From contig CALSTU010000003.1 of the NCBI GenBank assembly GCA_943789355.1, positions 165,985 to 229,984 on the forward strand: 64,000 nt of DNA, in the 5' to 3' direction. The notes beneath the pieces were generated by a model that worked only from the letters and a program-made list of their open reading frames with translations, was not told the origin of the DNA and did not search any database. Source of the stretch: an uncultured Flavobacteriales bacterium (GTDB taxonomy: Bacteria; Bacteroidota; Bacteroidia; Flavobacteriales; UBA7430). The position numbers and the translations under genes are program-made. Of this stretch, positions 29,046-39,745 are shown one piece after another (position 1 is the stretch's first letter; each line of letters opens with the position of its first letter).

Positions 29046-29809
29046 TATTTCTTGGGTAAAAAATCAAAAAAGGTATCACCTCTTAAACCTAAACGTAAGC
29101 ATTCTAGAGGCATGACTTCGTTTGGAGCAATATTTCCGAGATTTACGTTAGCCCCCATAAGTTTGATAAACCAAACTTGTTGTGATTTTTGAGGGGCTTC
29201 CCAAAGAATCTTATCCTTCGGAATTTCTGTCAAAATTTCTTCAATAAGATCCGATCGAACTTCACCTGTATCTCTGCATATTCCTACATTTCCACCTTCA
29301 CGAGCTTCTGCAATGACTTTCCAAGATCCAGCACTAAGTTCTTTCTCCATCATTTGAATCCACTTGTACGGTGGGATCAAAATATCAGCGCTCTTGGCGC
29401 CTATTTCTGACAATACGGTTGTGCTTTGGGATACAATATTGATGTATTCACATTTTTTTTCATGATCCATGGTAATGCATCCATCAGATATTTCTATTGT
29501 ATCTAATTCATACCGCTCAATCAAGTCTATGTATTCCTGAAACATATCTCTGGCAATAAAAGCTTCAAAAAGTGTGCCGCCAAAGTATACTTTGTGTCCT
29601 GCATTCTTGTAAAGCTTTATTTTCTCTTTTAGATTTTCTTCTAAATAAGCAGTTCCAAATCCTAGTTTAATTAAATCAATATATTTTGAGGACACTGATA
29701 GCATGTCTTCAGCCTCTCTAATGCTTAGTCCTTTATCCATGACCATGGTAAGTCCTTCTGATCTGGGAGTTTCAGTGCGTAGAGGTATGTGGGGTAAATT
29801 GAAATTCAT
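29045..29809 (-). CDS. (2R)-phospho-3-sulfolactate synthase (ComA family)
   Basis: End-to-end resemblance to archaeal ComA: GLTMVMDKGL, YIDLIKLGFGT, VYFGGTLFE, EISDG, EAPQKSQQVWFI, LRLGLRGDTF. Confidence 0.85.
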   Translation of the reverse strand: MNFNLPHIPLRTETPRSEGLTMVMDKGLSIREAEDMLSVSSKYIDLIKLGFGTAYLEENLKEKIKLYKNAGHKVYFGGTLFEAFIARDMFQEYIDLIERYELDTIEISDGCITMDHEKKCEYINIVSQSTTVLSEIGAKSADILIPPYKWIQMMEKELSAGSWKVIAEAREGGNVGICRDTGEVRSDLIEEILTEIPKDKILWEAPQKSQQVWFIKLMGANVNLGNIAPNEVMPLECLRLGLRGDTFFDFLPKK

Positions 29810-29814
29810 TCGTA

Positions 29815-31203
29815 TTATTTTAGTAGTTTTTTGAAACTTGTATTTTTTTCAAGATCAGGAATGTGTTCAAAGAGGTCGTTTTTTGAATCAGGCTGAATTG
29901 CATTTGCTTTTTGTAAGTATTTAGATGCCTGCTCTTCTTCTCCTTCAAGAAAAAGGTATGCACCCAATCTAAAGAGTAGGTTCACATGATTTTTGTGTTT
30001 CTGTAACCCTTGCTTTAAAAGCGTGATCGCATCTTTTGTTTCATTCAACTCTCTCATCAATTGAGCATATTCCATCCAAAGAGCTGGAGAGTTACATCCC
30101 AATTCAATTAGTTTTTGATAGCCCAGATCAGCTTCAGCATACAGGCCAACCTTTTTGTATGTTTTTGTTTGAATGTAGAGGTATTCTAGGTCGTCAGGGT
30201 TCAGATTAATGGCTTTCTTTATGTAGTGCAAACCTTCTTCTGAAGATCCTGAGGCATCATGGCATAACCCAATCTCTAGCCAAGCTTCAGACAGTTGAGG
30301 GTCTTCATGACAGGCTTTCGTTAAATAACGTACCGCTTGTTTATACTGCTTAAGTTCTTTGTAGCAAAGTCCAATTTTCAGATAAGTGAAGCCGGTAGGT
30401 TCCTCAAAAGCAAACGTGAGCATATAGGTTTCTATGGCCTCTTTTGTTTTTCCTAAATGAGATAAACTGCGGGCTTTTTCATGGTAGCCGGCTGTAAAAC
30501 ACTCGTCGATAAGAATCGCGTACTCTAGCGCCCAAACTGCTTGATTGTAATCTTTTGTTTTGTTGAGGAATAAGCCTAGTTGGTACCAAATGATTTCACA
30601 ATAGGGAGCTTTCTCTGTAAGCTTTTTAAAAAAATCAATGGCCTCGTTGTAGGAATCTGTGCGTTCAAAACAATAGGCGATGTTGAAAATAGCAATATCA
30701 TCTTCGGGTTCTTCCTCTAGGAATGAACTTAAGTATTTGATTGCATCATTAAATTTTCCTAAGCACTGGTATTCAAATGCAATAAAAGGGAAAACGTCCA
30801 TTACATTTTCTGATAATGTTTGCGCTTTTTGGAAATGTTTGAGAGCCTGTTGGTGCTTTCTTTTTTTTGACAAAATGCTACCTTTAGCGATGTGAAGGTC
30901 GGGATTGCTAGGTTCTAGTGACTCAGCCCTTTCCAATACTTTTTCTGCTTCAGGCAATCGTTCTAGTATGGTTAGGATTTGACCTTTTTTAATGAGGAAA
31001 TTCGCTGAAAACGGGTACTGCTTAAACGCAAGATCCATACTTCCCATTGCTTCACCCAGAAGACCTTTGTCGATGTAGTGATCAGCAATGTCTTCAAATT
31101 CGTGAGAATCAAAAAACAATTGTGTGTGGCCATTCAGCATGTTCTCATAGCGTTCTATGAGTTGCGAAATGCTCTTTTTATTTCCCCAAGATTTATGATC
31201 CAT
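29815..31203 (-). CDS. tetratricopeptide-repeat protein
   Basis: Repeated TPR-like A/Y/L spacing throughout. ATG at 31203 (MDHKSW) is preferred over the longer track ORF. 5-nt gap to the ComA-family gene. Confidence 0.75.
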   Translation of the reverse strand: MDHKSWGNKKSISQLIERYENMLNGHTQLFFDSHEFEDIADHYIDKGLLGEAMGSMDLAFKQYPFSANFLIKKGQILTILERLPEAEKVLERAESLEPSNPDLHIAKGSILSKKRKHQQALKHFQKAQTLSENVMDVFPFIAFEYQCLGKFNDAIKYLSSFLEEEPEDDIAIFNIAYCFERTDSYNEAIDFFKKLTEKAPYCEIIWYQLGLFLNKTKDYNQAVWALEYAILIDECFTAGYHEKARSLSHLGKTKEAIETYMLTFAFEEPTGFTYLKIGLCYKELKQYKQAVRYLTKACHEDPQLSEAWLEIGLCHDASGSSEEGLHYIKKAINLNPDDLEYLYIQTKTYKKVGLYAEADLGYQKLIELGCNSPALWMEYAQLMRELNETKDAITLLKQGLQKHKNHVNLLFRLGAYLFLEGEEEQASKYLQKANAIQPDSKNDLFEHIPDLEKNTSFKKLLK

Positions 31204-31224
31204 AGAAGGTTTGTAAACTGTTTG

Positions 31225-31232
31225 CAAAATTA
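31225..31232 (-). promoter_or_regulatory. -7 box TAATTTTG for the TPR/ComA/rhodanese/DUF368/aroE operon
   Basis: Plus strand caaaatta is TAATTTTG on the minus strand, 22 nt upstream of the ATG at 31203. Confidence 0.4.
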
Positions 31233-31431
31233 CAATTATACATTTTAAAACTACTCCATTTAAGTCTTCTTTTAACGCTTTAAACCTGAACTTATTCACA
31301 AATAAATTCACAAATCAGTTAACTTGGTGGTGCTGGATCAAAGCTATTCACTAGGGTATGTTAGTTTCTTTATCCGTTTCGATGATTTCCCCAACGGCAT
31401 CAGTGTATCTTAGCAAAAAAAAAGATAGTGT

Positions 31432-32808
31432 ATGACATTGATTAAATCCATCTCCGGGATACGAGGTACAATTGGCGGTTCGCCAGGAGATAATTTAACG
31501 CCATTGGATGTGGTTAAGTTTAGTTCTGCTTATGGCATGTGGTTGAGGGCTAGAACTCAAGGCTCTCTTAAAGTTGTTGTAGGTAGAGATGCACGGATTT
31601 CAGGAGCGATCATCCAAGGTTTGGTGCAGACAAGCTTACAGTCTTTAGGTATCGATGTCATTGACTTAGGCTTAAGTACGACGCCTACGGTGGAGGTTGC
31701 GGTTCCTAAGGAAAATGCCTCGGGTGGGATTATATTAACTGCGAGTCACAATCCAAAGCAATGGAATGCATTAAAGCTACTCAATGAAAAAGGAGAGTTT
31801 ATTTCCGCTGAAGATGGTGCAGAGATATTGAAAATTGCTGCTGAAGAATCGTTTGATTACGCGGAGGTTGATGAGCTAGGAGGCGTTGTTAAGAAAGATT
31901 ACTTGAATGAACATATTAACGCTGTATTAAACCTTTCTACTGTTGATGTTGAATTGGTGAAGTCTTCAAATTTCAAAGTAGTTGTTGATGCTGTGAATTC
32001 TACAGGTGGAATTTATTTGCCAGCATTATTACGCGAAATGGGCGTTGATGTCGTTGAATTGTACTGCGAGCCAAATGGGCATTTCCCTCATAATCCAGAG
32101 CCCCTACCAGAGCATTTAAGCGATTTGTGCGCTAAGGTTGTTGAGACAAAATCAGACCTTGGTTTTGTTGTAGATCCCGACGTTGATCGACTGGCGATTG
32201 TATCAGAGGATGGTTCTTTGTTTGGTGAGGAATATACTCTTGTGGCTGTAGCCGATCATGTTTTGAAGTCCAAAAAAGGGAACACGGTATCCAATTTATC
32301 TTCAACACGAGCCCTTCGTGATGTGAGTGAAACTCATGGAGTTCGTTATTATGCTTCAGCAGTAGGTGAGGTCAATGTGGTTGAGAAGATGAAAGAAGTT
32401 GAAGCTCCGATTGGCGGAGAAGGGAATGGGGGGATTATTTACCCAGAACTCCATTATGGCCGAGACTCATTGGTTGGTGTGGCATTGTTCTTGACACACT
32501 TAGCGCAGTCAAAACTAACTTGTTCCGACTTAAGGAAAAAGTATAAAAATTACTACATGTCGAAGAACAAAATTGAATTAACACCAGAACTAGACGTTGA
32601 TAGTCTTCTGGCGTCAATGGCAAAAAAGTATTCTCATGAGGATGTTGATTGTACCGATGGTGTTAAGATTAATTTTAATGAAGAGTGGGTTCATTTGCGC
32701 AAATCAAATACGGAACCGATTATTCGAATTTACACAGAAAGTGTAAGTTCTCAAAAAGCGGGTGCTTTGGCGAGTCGTTTTATACGAGAAATTGGTGAGC
32801 TTTATTGA
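31432..32808 (+). CDS. glmM: phosphoglucosamine mutase (alpha-D-phosphohexomutase family)
   Basis: SGIRGT start, active-site TASHNP, and metal loop DPDVDR. Confidence 0.85.
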   Translation: MTLIKSISGIRGTIGGSPGDNLTPLDVVKFSSAYGMWLRARTQGSLKVVVGRDARISGAIIQGLVQTSLQSLGIDVIDLGLSTTPTVEVAVPKENASGGIILTASHNPKQWNALKLLNEKGEFISAEDGAEILKIAAEESFDYAEVDELGGVVKKDYLNEHINAVLNLSTVDVELVKSSNFKVVVDAVNSTGGIYLPALLREMGVDVVELYCEPNGHFPHNPEPLPEHLSDLCAKVVETKSDLGFVVDPDVDRLAIVSEDGSLFGEEYTLVAVADHVLKSKKGNTVSNLSSTRALRDVSETHGVRYYASAVGEVNVVEKMKEVEAPIGGEGNGGIIYPELHYGRDSLVGVALFLTHLAQSKLTCSDLRKKYKNYYMSKNKIELTPELDVDSLLASMAKKYSHEDVDCTDGVKINFNEEWVHLRKSNTEPIIRIYTESVSSQKAGALASRFIREIGELY

Positions 32809-32886
32809 TGAAAAATGATTTTTTAATCGTTATTTGATTACATAATTTCGGATGCAATACGAATGTGAGAAAACGAGCCATTTATA

Positions 32887-34020
32887 ATGAAAGTATATCT
32901 AGATAATGCCGCCACAACGCCCATAGATCCTTTGGTTTTTGAGGCAATGATTCCTGTTTTGAAGGATGGTTTTGGAAATCCATCTTCGACGCATTCTCAC
33001 GGTCGAAAAGTAAAGTCAGTGATTGAGCGTGCAAGAAAAAATGTTGCGAGACACTTAAATTGCAGTCCCGGGGAAATCTTCTTCACCTCTGGAGGTACGG
33101 AAGCAGATAACATGGCGATTCAATCTTCTGTACGAGATTTAGGCGTAAAGCACATCATCACAAGTTCCATTGAACACCATGCCGTAGGTCACACCATTGA
33201 TCAATTGAAAAGAGAGGGTCTGGTCGAGGTAACTTACGTTCATTTGGATGAAATGGGGCATGTGGATCTTCAGCATTTAGATCAAATCTTGTCGATCAGT
33301 CCGAAGACTCTTGTCTCACTGATGCATGCTAATAATGAAGTTGGGAATTTACTGTCCTTAGAGCGTGTTTCCGAAATTTGTGAAAAGCATGGAGCTGTAT
33401 TTCATTCCGATACCGTTCAGACAATGGCACATTACCGATTTGACATGGAAGTGATTGATAAGGTTCATTTTATGGCTTGTTCCGCACATAAGTTTCATGG
33501 TCCCAAGGGCGTTGGTTTTTTATATGTAAACAGTAAAGTTAAAATCAATCCCCTAATTCATGGTGGTGCACAAGAACGCAATATGCGAGGCGGAACCGAG
33601 AATGTTTATGGAATTGTTGGACTATCTATGGCCATGGATGTTGCTTTGTCAGATGTGAATGCCCACAAGGAATATATTACGGGGTTGAAGTTGCATATGA
33701 TTGAACGTTTAAACCAGAGCATTCCTAATGTTTCTTACAATGCTGATTCTGAGCACTTAACCCGAAGTTTGTATACTGTGCTTAGTGTTTCTTTACCCCC
33801 TACAGACATTGCATCGATGTTGGTTTTCAATATGGATATTATGGGCGTAGCATGCTCTGGGGGTTCTGCGTGTACTTCAGGTGCGAGTACAGGTTCACAT
33901 GTATTGCAAGGCATTGATGCGCCAGAGGCTCGTCCGACCATTCGTTTTTCGTTCTCTAGATTTAACACCAAAGAGGAGGTTGATTATGCTGTTGATTGTT
34001 TGGTAGAACTTTATTCGTAG
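32887..34020 (+). CDS. cysteine desulfurase (NifS/IscS class)
   Basis: YLDNAATTP, PLP-lysine SAHKFHGPKG, RGGTEN, and catalytic Cys loop SGGSACTSG. Confidence 0.88.
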   Translation: MKVYLDNAATTPIDPLVFEAMIPVLKDGFGNPSSTHSHGRKVKSVIERARKNVARHLNCSPGEIFFTSGGTEADNMAIQSSVRDLGVKHIITSSIEHHAVGHTIDQLKREGLVEVTYVHLDEMGHVDLQHLDQILSISPKTLVSLMHANNEVGNLLSLERVSEICEKHGAVFHSDTVQTMAHYRFDMEVIDKVHFMACSAHKFHGPKGVGFLYVNSKVKINPLIHGGAQERNMRGGTENVYGIVGLSMAMDVALSDVNAHKEYITGLKLHMIERLNQSIPNVSYNADSEHLTRSLYTVLSVSLPPTDIASMLVFNMDIMGVACSGGSACTSGASTGSHVLQGIDAPEARPTIRFSFSRFNTKEEVDYAVDCLVELYS

Positions 34021-34043
34021 TCGGGAGTTCTGATCACCAGATC

Positions 34044-34925
34044 TTATTTTAATTGTTTTTCTTTAGCACTTATAATACTGGCATTCAATTCAAAGCCTAA
34101 CAACAAAATAATCGAATTAAAGTACATCCATAATAGGATGACCAACAAGGTACCAATAGATCCATAAAGCTGGTTGTATTGGGCGAAATTATTGACATAA
34201 TAGCTAAACCCTAAAGACGTAATAACGCTTAAAGTAGTCGCAGTAATTGAACCTGCAGATAAAAATCTCCATCCACTTTTGTCAGCAGGACCATAGTAAT
34301 AAAGGATGCTGATACTCACAAACAGTAAAAGTACAAAAATGAGCCACTTGCTGTAATTAATTAATTCTATTACATAAAGTTCTAGGTACTGTTCATCAAT
34401 CAGGCTATGAAGGAATTCAAGCGAAAATATCTGGAGTGTGATTGTAAGAATAAATAAGAGGGCTAGAACAAACGTAAGCACAATTGATAGGACCTTTAAC
34501 TGTATCCATGATCGTTTATCTTTTAAGTGATACGTGGCATTAAAGCAGGTGATCATGGTGTTTACACCGTTTGTAGAAAAGTAAAAGGTTAATATGAAAG
34601 TCAATGAGAGTAGGCTTCCGTGCTGGTGGTTGATGATGTCATCAAGAATAGACTTTGTTGCTTCAAATGTGTGTGGGGGAAGAATGTCGCTAATAGATGT
34701 GAAAAGTTGTTCTTGAAAACCCTCAATCGGCACGAATGGGATGAGGGTAAATATGACGATGATTGAGGGGAATAGAGCCAAAAAGAAATTGAAAGCAAGT
34801 GCTGATGCTCGAGTGGTCAGCGCTCCTTCGACGAGTCCTTTGTAGAAAAACATGGAAACGTCATACAAAGACTGCCCTTGAAAGCCGGGCATGATGATTT
34901 TGTTCGATATATTTTTAAACTTCAT
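34044..34925 (-). CDS. YihY/BrkB-family membrane protein
   Basis: 293 aa, six hydrophobic segments. N-terminal RASALAFNFFLALFP and C-terminal LLWMYFNSIILLLGFELN are typical. Confidence 0.75.
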   Translation of the reverse strand: MKFKNISNKIIMPGFQGQSLYDVSMFFYKGLVEGALTTRASALAFNFFLALFPSIIVIFTLIPFVPIEGFQEQLFTSISDILPPHTFEATKSILDDIINHQHGSLLSLTFILTFYFSTNGVNTMITCFNATYHLKDKRSWIQLKVLSIVLTFVLALLFILTITLQIFSLEFLHSLIDEQYLELYVIELINYSKWLIFVLLLFVSISILYYYGPADKSGWRFLSAGSITATTLSVITSLGFSYYVNNFAQYNQLYGSIGTLLVILLWMYFNSIILLLGFELNASIISAKEKQLK

Positions 34926-34951
34926 AAATTATTTAATTAGTTATTATTTAT

Positions 34952-35797
34952 TTAATAGGCTTTTAAGCTCAAATCCATATTGTTTATCGAGTGCGTGAGT
35001 GCTCCTACAGAGATGAAATCTACCCCGCATTCAGCATATGCTCTTATTGTATCGCTAGTTATTCCACCAGATGACTCTGTTTCGAATGTGCCATTAATAA
35101 ATTGAACAGCTTCCTTTGTTTCACTCGGGGTGAAATTGTCAAGCATGATCCTATGAATACCGCCTAAAGATACAATTTCCTTAACCTCTGAAATGTTCCT
35201 TGCTTCCACCTCAATTCGTAGGTCAAGGTTCTTATTTTTCAAATATTTCTTAACTTTTGTGATGGCTTTAGGGATCCCACCTGCAAAATCAATGTGATTA
35301 TCTTTCAGCATAATCATATCGTACAATCCAAACCTGTGGTTAGCGCCGCCACCAATTCTGACGGCCCATTTTTCAATAATTCGCATGCCTGGAGTGGTCT
35401 TTCGGGTGTCTAAAATAGTTGTTTTAGTCCCCTCAATAAGTTTCATATAGTCCCTTGTTTTCGTCGCAATAGCACTCATTCTTTGCATGCAATTTAACAC
35501 AAGCCTCTCTGCCGTTAGCAAAGAAGTTGAGGGGCCTTCAACGGTGAAAGCAATAGCTCCTTTTCTCACTTGATCGCCATCCTGAATTCGGTTTAGCATT
35601 TTGATTTTTGGATCAACGATTTCGAAAATCCATTCAGCCAAATGGATTCCTGCAATGATTCCATCTTCTTTAATTAGTAGTTGAGCCCTTCCTTCTGTAT
35701 CTTTCGGGATACAAGCTAATGAGCTATGATCTCCTTCGCGAATGTCTTCGTCTAAGGCTGCTGTTATAAATGGAAGTACTTTCTCCTTTTTAATCAT
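34952..35797 (-). CDS. nadC: nicotinate-nucleotide pyrophosphorylase [carboxylating] (quinolinate phosphoribosyltransferase)
   Basis: LDTRKTTPG, HRFGLYDMIMLKDNH and IMLDNF motifs. Confidence 0.92.
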   Translation of the reverse strand: MIKKEKVLPFITAALDEDIREGDHSSLACIPKDTEGRAQLLIKEDGIIAGIHLAEWIFEIVDPKIKMLNRIQDGDQVRKGAIAFTVEGPSTSLLTAERLVLNCMQRMSAIATKTRDYMKLIEGTKTTILDTRKTTPGMRIIEKWAVRIGGGANHRFGLYDMIMLKDNHIDFAGGIPKAITKVKKYLKNKNLDLRIEVEARNISEVKEIVSLGGIHRIMLDNFTPSETKEAVQFINGTFETESSGGITSDTIRAYAECGVDFISVGALTHSINNMDLSLKAY

Positions 35798-35852
35798 AAG
35801 ATTATGTTACTTTGTTATCCATGCAAAATAAGTAACTTTTTAAAGAATATCT

Positions 35853-36326
35853 ATGAAGATTTTGTTTTTAGTTGTCGGAAAAACCGATGACAAATACATT
35901 TTAGAAGGTGTCGATAAATATCGGAATCGTCTGAAGCACTACATAGCTTTTGATTACGAAGAGATACCGGATTTGAAACATCGAAAGACGCTTTCAGAGT
36001 TGCAACAAAAAAAACAAGAGTCGGATTTGATTTTGGGAAAGTTAAAAGCAGGCGACCATATCGTCTTATTGGATGAGAAGGGTAAGATGTTTCGTTCCTT
36101 AGAATTTGCAAATCACTTACAACAAAAAATGAACTCGGGGATAAAACGATTGGTCTTTGTCGTGGGAGGTCCATATGGTTTCGATTCCGCAATTTATCAA
36201 AAGGCTCAAGAGAAAGTTTCCTTGTCAAAAATGACTTTTTCTCATCAAATGATTCGTCTGTTTTTCGTCGAACAAGTTTATCGATCAATGTCTATTTTGA
36301 GGAATGAGCCTTATCATCACGAGTAG
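35853..36326 (+). CDS. rlmH: 23S rRNA (pseudouridine1915-N3)-methyltransferase
   Basis: 157 aa SPOUT protein with LVFVVGGPYGF...LSKMTFSHQMIR. Confidence 0.9.
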   Translation: MKILFLVVGKTDDKYILEGVDKYRNRLKHYIAFDYEEIPDLKHRKTLSELQQKKQESDLILGKLKAGDHIVLLDEKGKMFRSLEFANHLQQKMNSGIKRLVFVVGGPYGFDSAIYQKAQEKVSLSKMTFSHQMIRLFFVEQVYRSMSILRNEPYHHE

Positions 36327-36408
36327 CATACTCAGGCTGTTTAGAAACCTTCTTTATGTTCACGCATTTTGCTTTTTTAGAATTCTTTTTAATTTGATAT
36401 TAATTCCT

Positions 36409-36416
36409 TACTTTTG
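36409..36416 (+). promoter_or_regulatory. -7 box TACTTTTG upstream of rpsF
   Basis: Exact TAnnTTTG, 35 nt before the ATG. Confidence 0.45.
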
Positions 36417-36450
36417 CAGACCATTTTGGACAAAAACTAAATAAATAACC

Positions 36451-36804
36451 ATGTTGAAAAACTACGAAACTGTTTTCATTTTGAATCCCGTTTTGTCTGA
36501 TGAACAGACAAAGGAAGCAGTAAGCAAGTTTACAGCACATTTGAAATCAAATGGAGCTGAAATTGTAGCAGAGGAAAGCTGGGGCTTAAAAAAGCTCGCT
36601 TACCCGATCCAGAAAAAGAAAAGTGGATTTTACTTTTTAGTAGAATTCAAAGGAGCATCTGATCTAACCTCTAGTTTAGAGGTTCTTTTAAAAAGAGATG
36701 AGCGCGTAATGCGATTCTTAACGGTTGCTCTGGATAAAGATGCACTCGCTTATGCAGGTCAAAGAAGAGAAAGATTAAACGCTAATTCTAAAGAGACTAA
36801 GTAA
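36451..36804 (+). CDS. rpsF: 30S ribosomal protein S6
   Basis: [13 protein letters not shown] start. Operon with S18 and L9. Confidence 0.95.
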   Translation: MLKNYETVFILNPVLSDEQTKEAVSKFTAHLKSNGAEIVAEESWGLKKLAYPIQKKKSGFYFLVEFKGASDLTSSLEVLLKRDERVMRFLTVALDKDALAYAGQRRERLNANSKETK

Positions 36805-37073
36805 TGGCAGCAAACTCAGAAATTCGATTCCTTACTCCGTTGTCTATAGATACCGGTAAGTTGAAGAAATATTGTCGTTTTAAGAAGACAGGTATCAAGT
36901 ACATCGATTACAAAGATGCTGACTTCTTGACGAAATTTTTAAATGAACAAGGTAAAATTTTACCTCGTCGTATCACGGGTACTTCTTTGAAATTTCAAAG
37001 AAAAGTATCTCAAGCCGTAAAACGAGCTCGTCACATTGCTGTTTTACCTTACGTAACTGATTTAATGAAGTAA
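36804..37073 (+). CDS. rpsR: 30S ribosomal protein S18
   Basis: IDYKD...[10 protein letters not shown]...[20 protein letters not shown] overlap with rpsF. Confidence 0.95.
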   Translation: MAANSEIRFLTPLSIDTGKLKKYCRFKKTGIKYIDYKDADFLTKFLNEQGKILPRRITGTSLKFQRKVSQAVKRARHIAVLPYVTDLMK

Positions 37074-37086
37074 AAAACCAAGTACT

Positions 37087-37536
37087 ATGGAAATTATTTT
37101 ATCGCAAGACGTAGCAAACTTAGGTTTTAAAGACGACATCGTTAGTGTTAAAAACGGTTACGGAAGAAATTACTTAATACCACAAGGGTATGGTAAGTTA
37201 GCTACAGATTCTGCCAAAAAAGTGTTGGCGGAGAATATAAAACAAAGAGCCTTTAAAGAGCAAAAAATTGTTGCAGATGCAAATAAGATTGCTGATGCTA
37301 TCAAGGCTCTAGAATTGAAATTGTCTGCAAAAGTAGCAGAAGGTGGTCACAAGTTGTTTGGTTCAGTAACGACTATTGACCTCGCAGCCGCTTTTGATAA
37401 AGCAGGTCAGTCGATTGAAAAGAAATTCATTTCAATTACAGGTGGATCTGTCAAGGCATTAGGTAAATACAATGCTTCAGTACGTCTACACAGAAATGTT
37501 GTAGTGGATGTAGCTTTTGAAGTTGTAGCGGAATAA
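37087..37536 (+). CDS. rplI: 50S ribosomal protein L9
   Basis: MEIILSQDVANLGFKDDIVSVKNGYGRNYLIPQG. Confidence 0.95.
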   Translation: MEIILSQDVANLGFKDDIVSVKNGYGRNYLIPQGYGKLATDSAKKVLAENIKQRAFKEQKIVADANKIADAIKALELKLSAKVAEGGHKLFGSVTTIDLAAAFDKAGQSIEKKFISITGGSVKALGKYNASVRLHRNVVVDVAFEVVAE

Positions 37537-37556
37537 TTCGCAGTTCACATTGATTC

Positions 37557-37587
37557 AAAAAAGGCTCCTATCTAGGGGCCTTTTTTT
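37557..37587 (+). terminator. intrinsic terminator after rplI
   Basis: A6-GGCTCC-tatcta-GGGGCC-T7 (one G-U pair). Confidence 0.75.
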
Positions 37588-37688
37588 ATGCGTATTGGAT
37601 TCTTTTGAATTGTTAATTAATCGATAAAATGTTGATAAAATCAAGGTTTTTAGACTTCTAAAATCAGACCTTAAGTGGGCTAAATTGT

Positions 37689-37696
37689 TATATTTG
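37689..37696 (+). promoter_or_regulatory. -7 box TATATTTG upstream of gyrB
   Basis: Exact TAnnTTTG, 35 nt before the ATG. Confidence 0.45.
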
Positions 37697-37718
37697 TTAT
37701 AGGTCAAAATTGACATAA

Positions 37719-39680
<1,962 letters not shown>

Positions 39681-39698
39681 TTTTTAGAATCATACAAT

Positions 39699-39732
39699 AA
39701 AAAAAAGGTCGCTATTTAAGCGACTTTTTTTT
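39699..39732. terminator. bidirectional intrinsic terminator (gyrB / surface-protein array)
   Basis: A8-GGTCGC-tatttaa-GCGACT-T8. Confidence 0.75.
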
Positions 39733-39745
39733 ATGCTAATCAGGC

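Noticed and set aside
35851-36288. 145-aa ORF on the minus strand.
   Set aside because: It is entirely antisense to rlmH, whose product has clear SPOUT-family sequence. The antisense translation is low-complexity and has no start context.
36327-36450. Possible structured ribosomal-protein leader (S6:S18 autoregulatory element) upstream of rpsF.
   Set aside because: With the -7 box at 36409-36416, the predicted leader is only about 30 nt and shows no stem I could fold.
37600-37660. Repeated GATAAAAT words upstream of gyrB as possible DnaA boxes or an origin.
   Set aside because: They do not match the TTATCCACA consensus, there are only two copies, and no dnaA/dnaN genes are in context.
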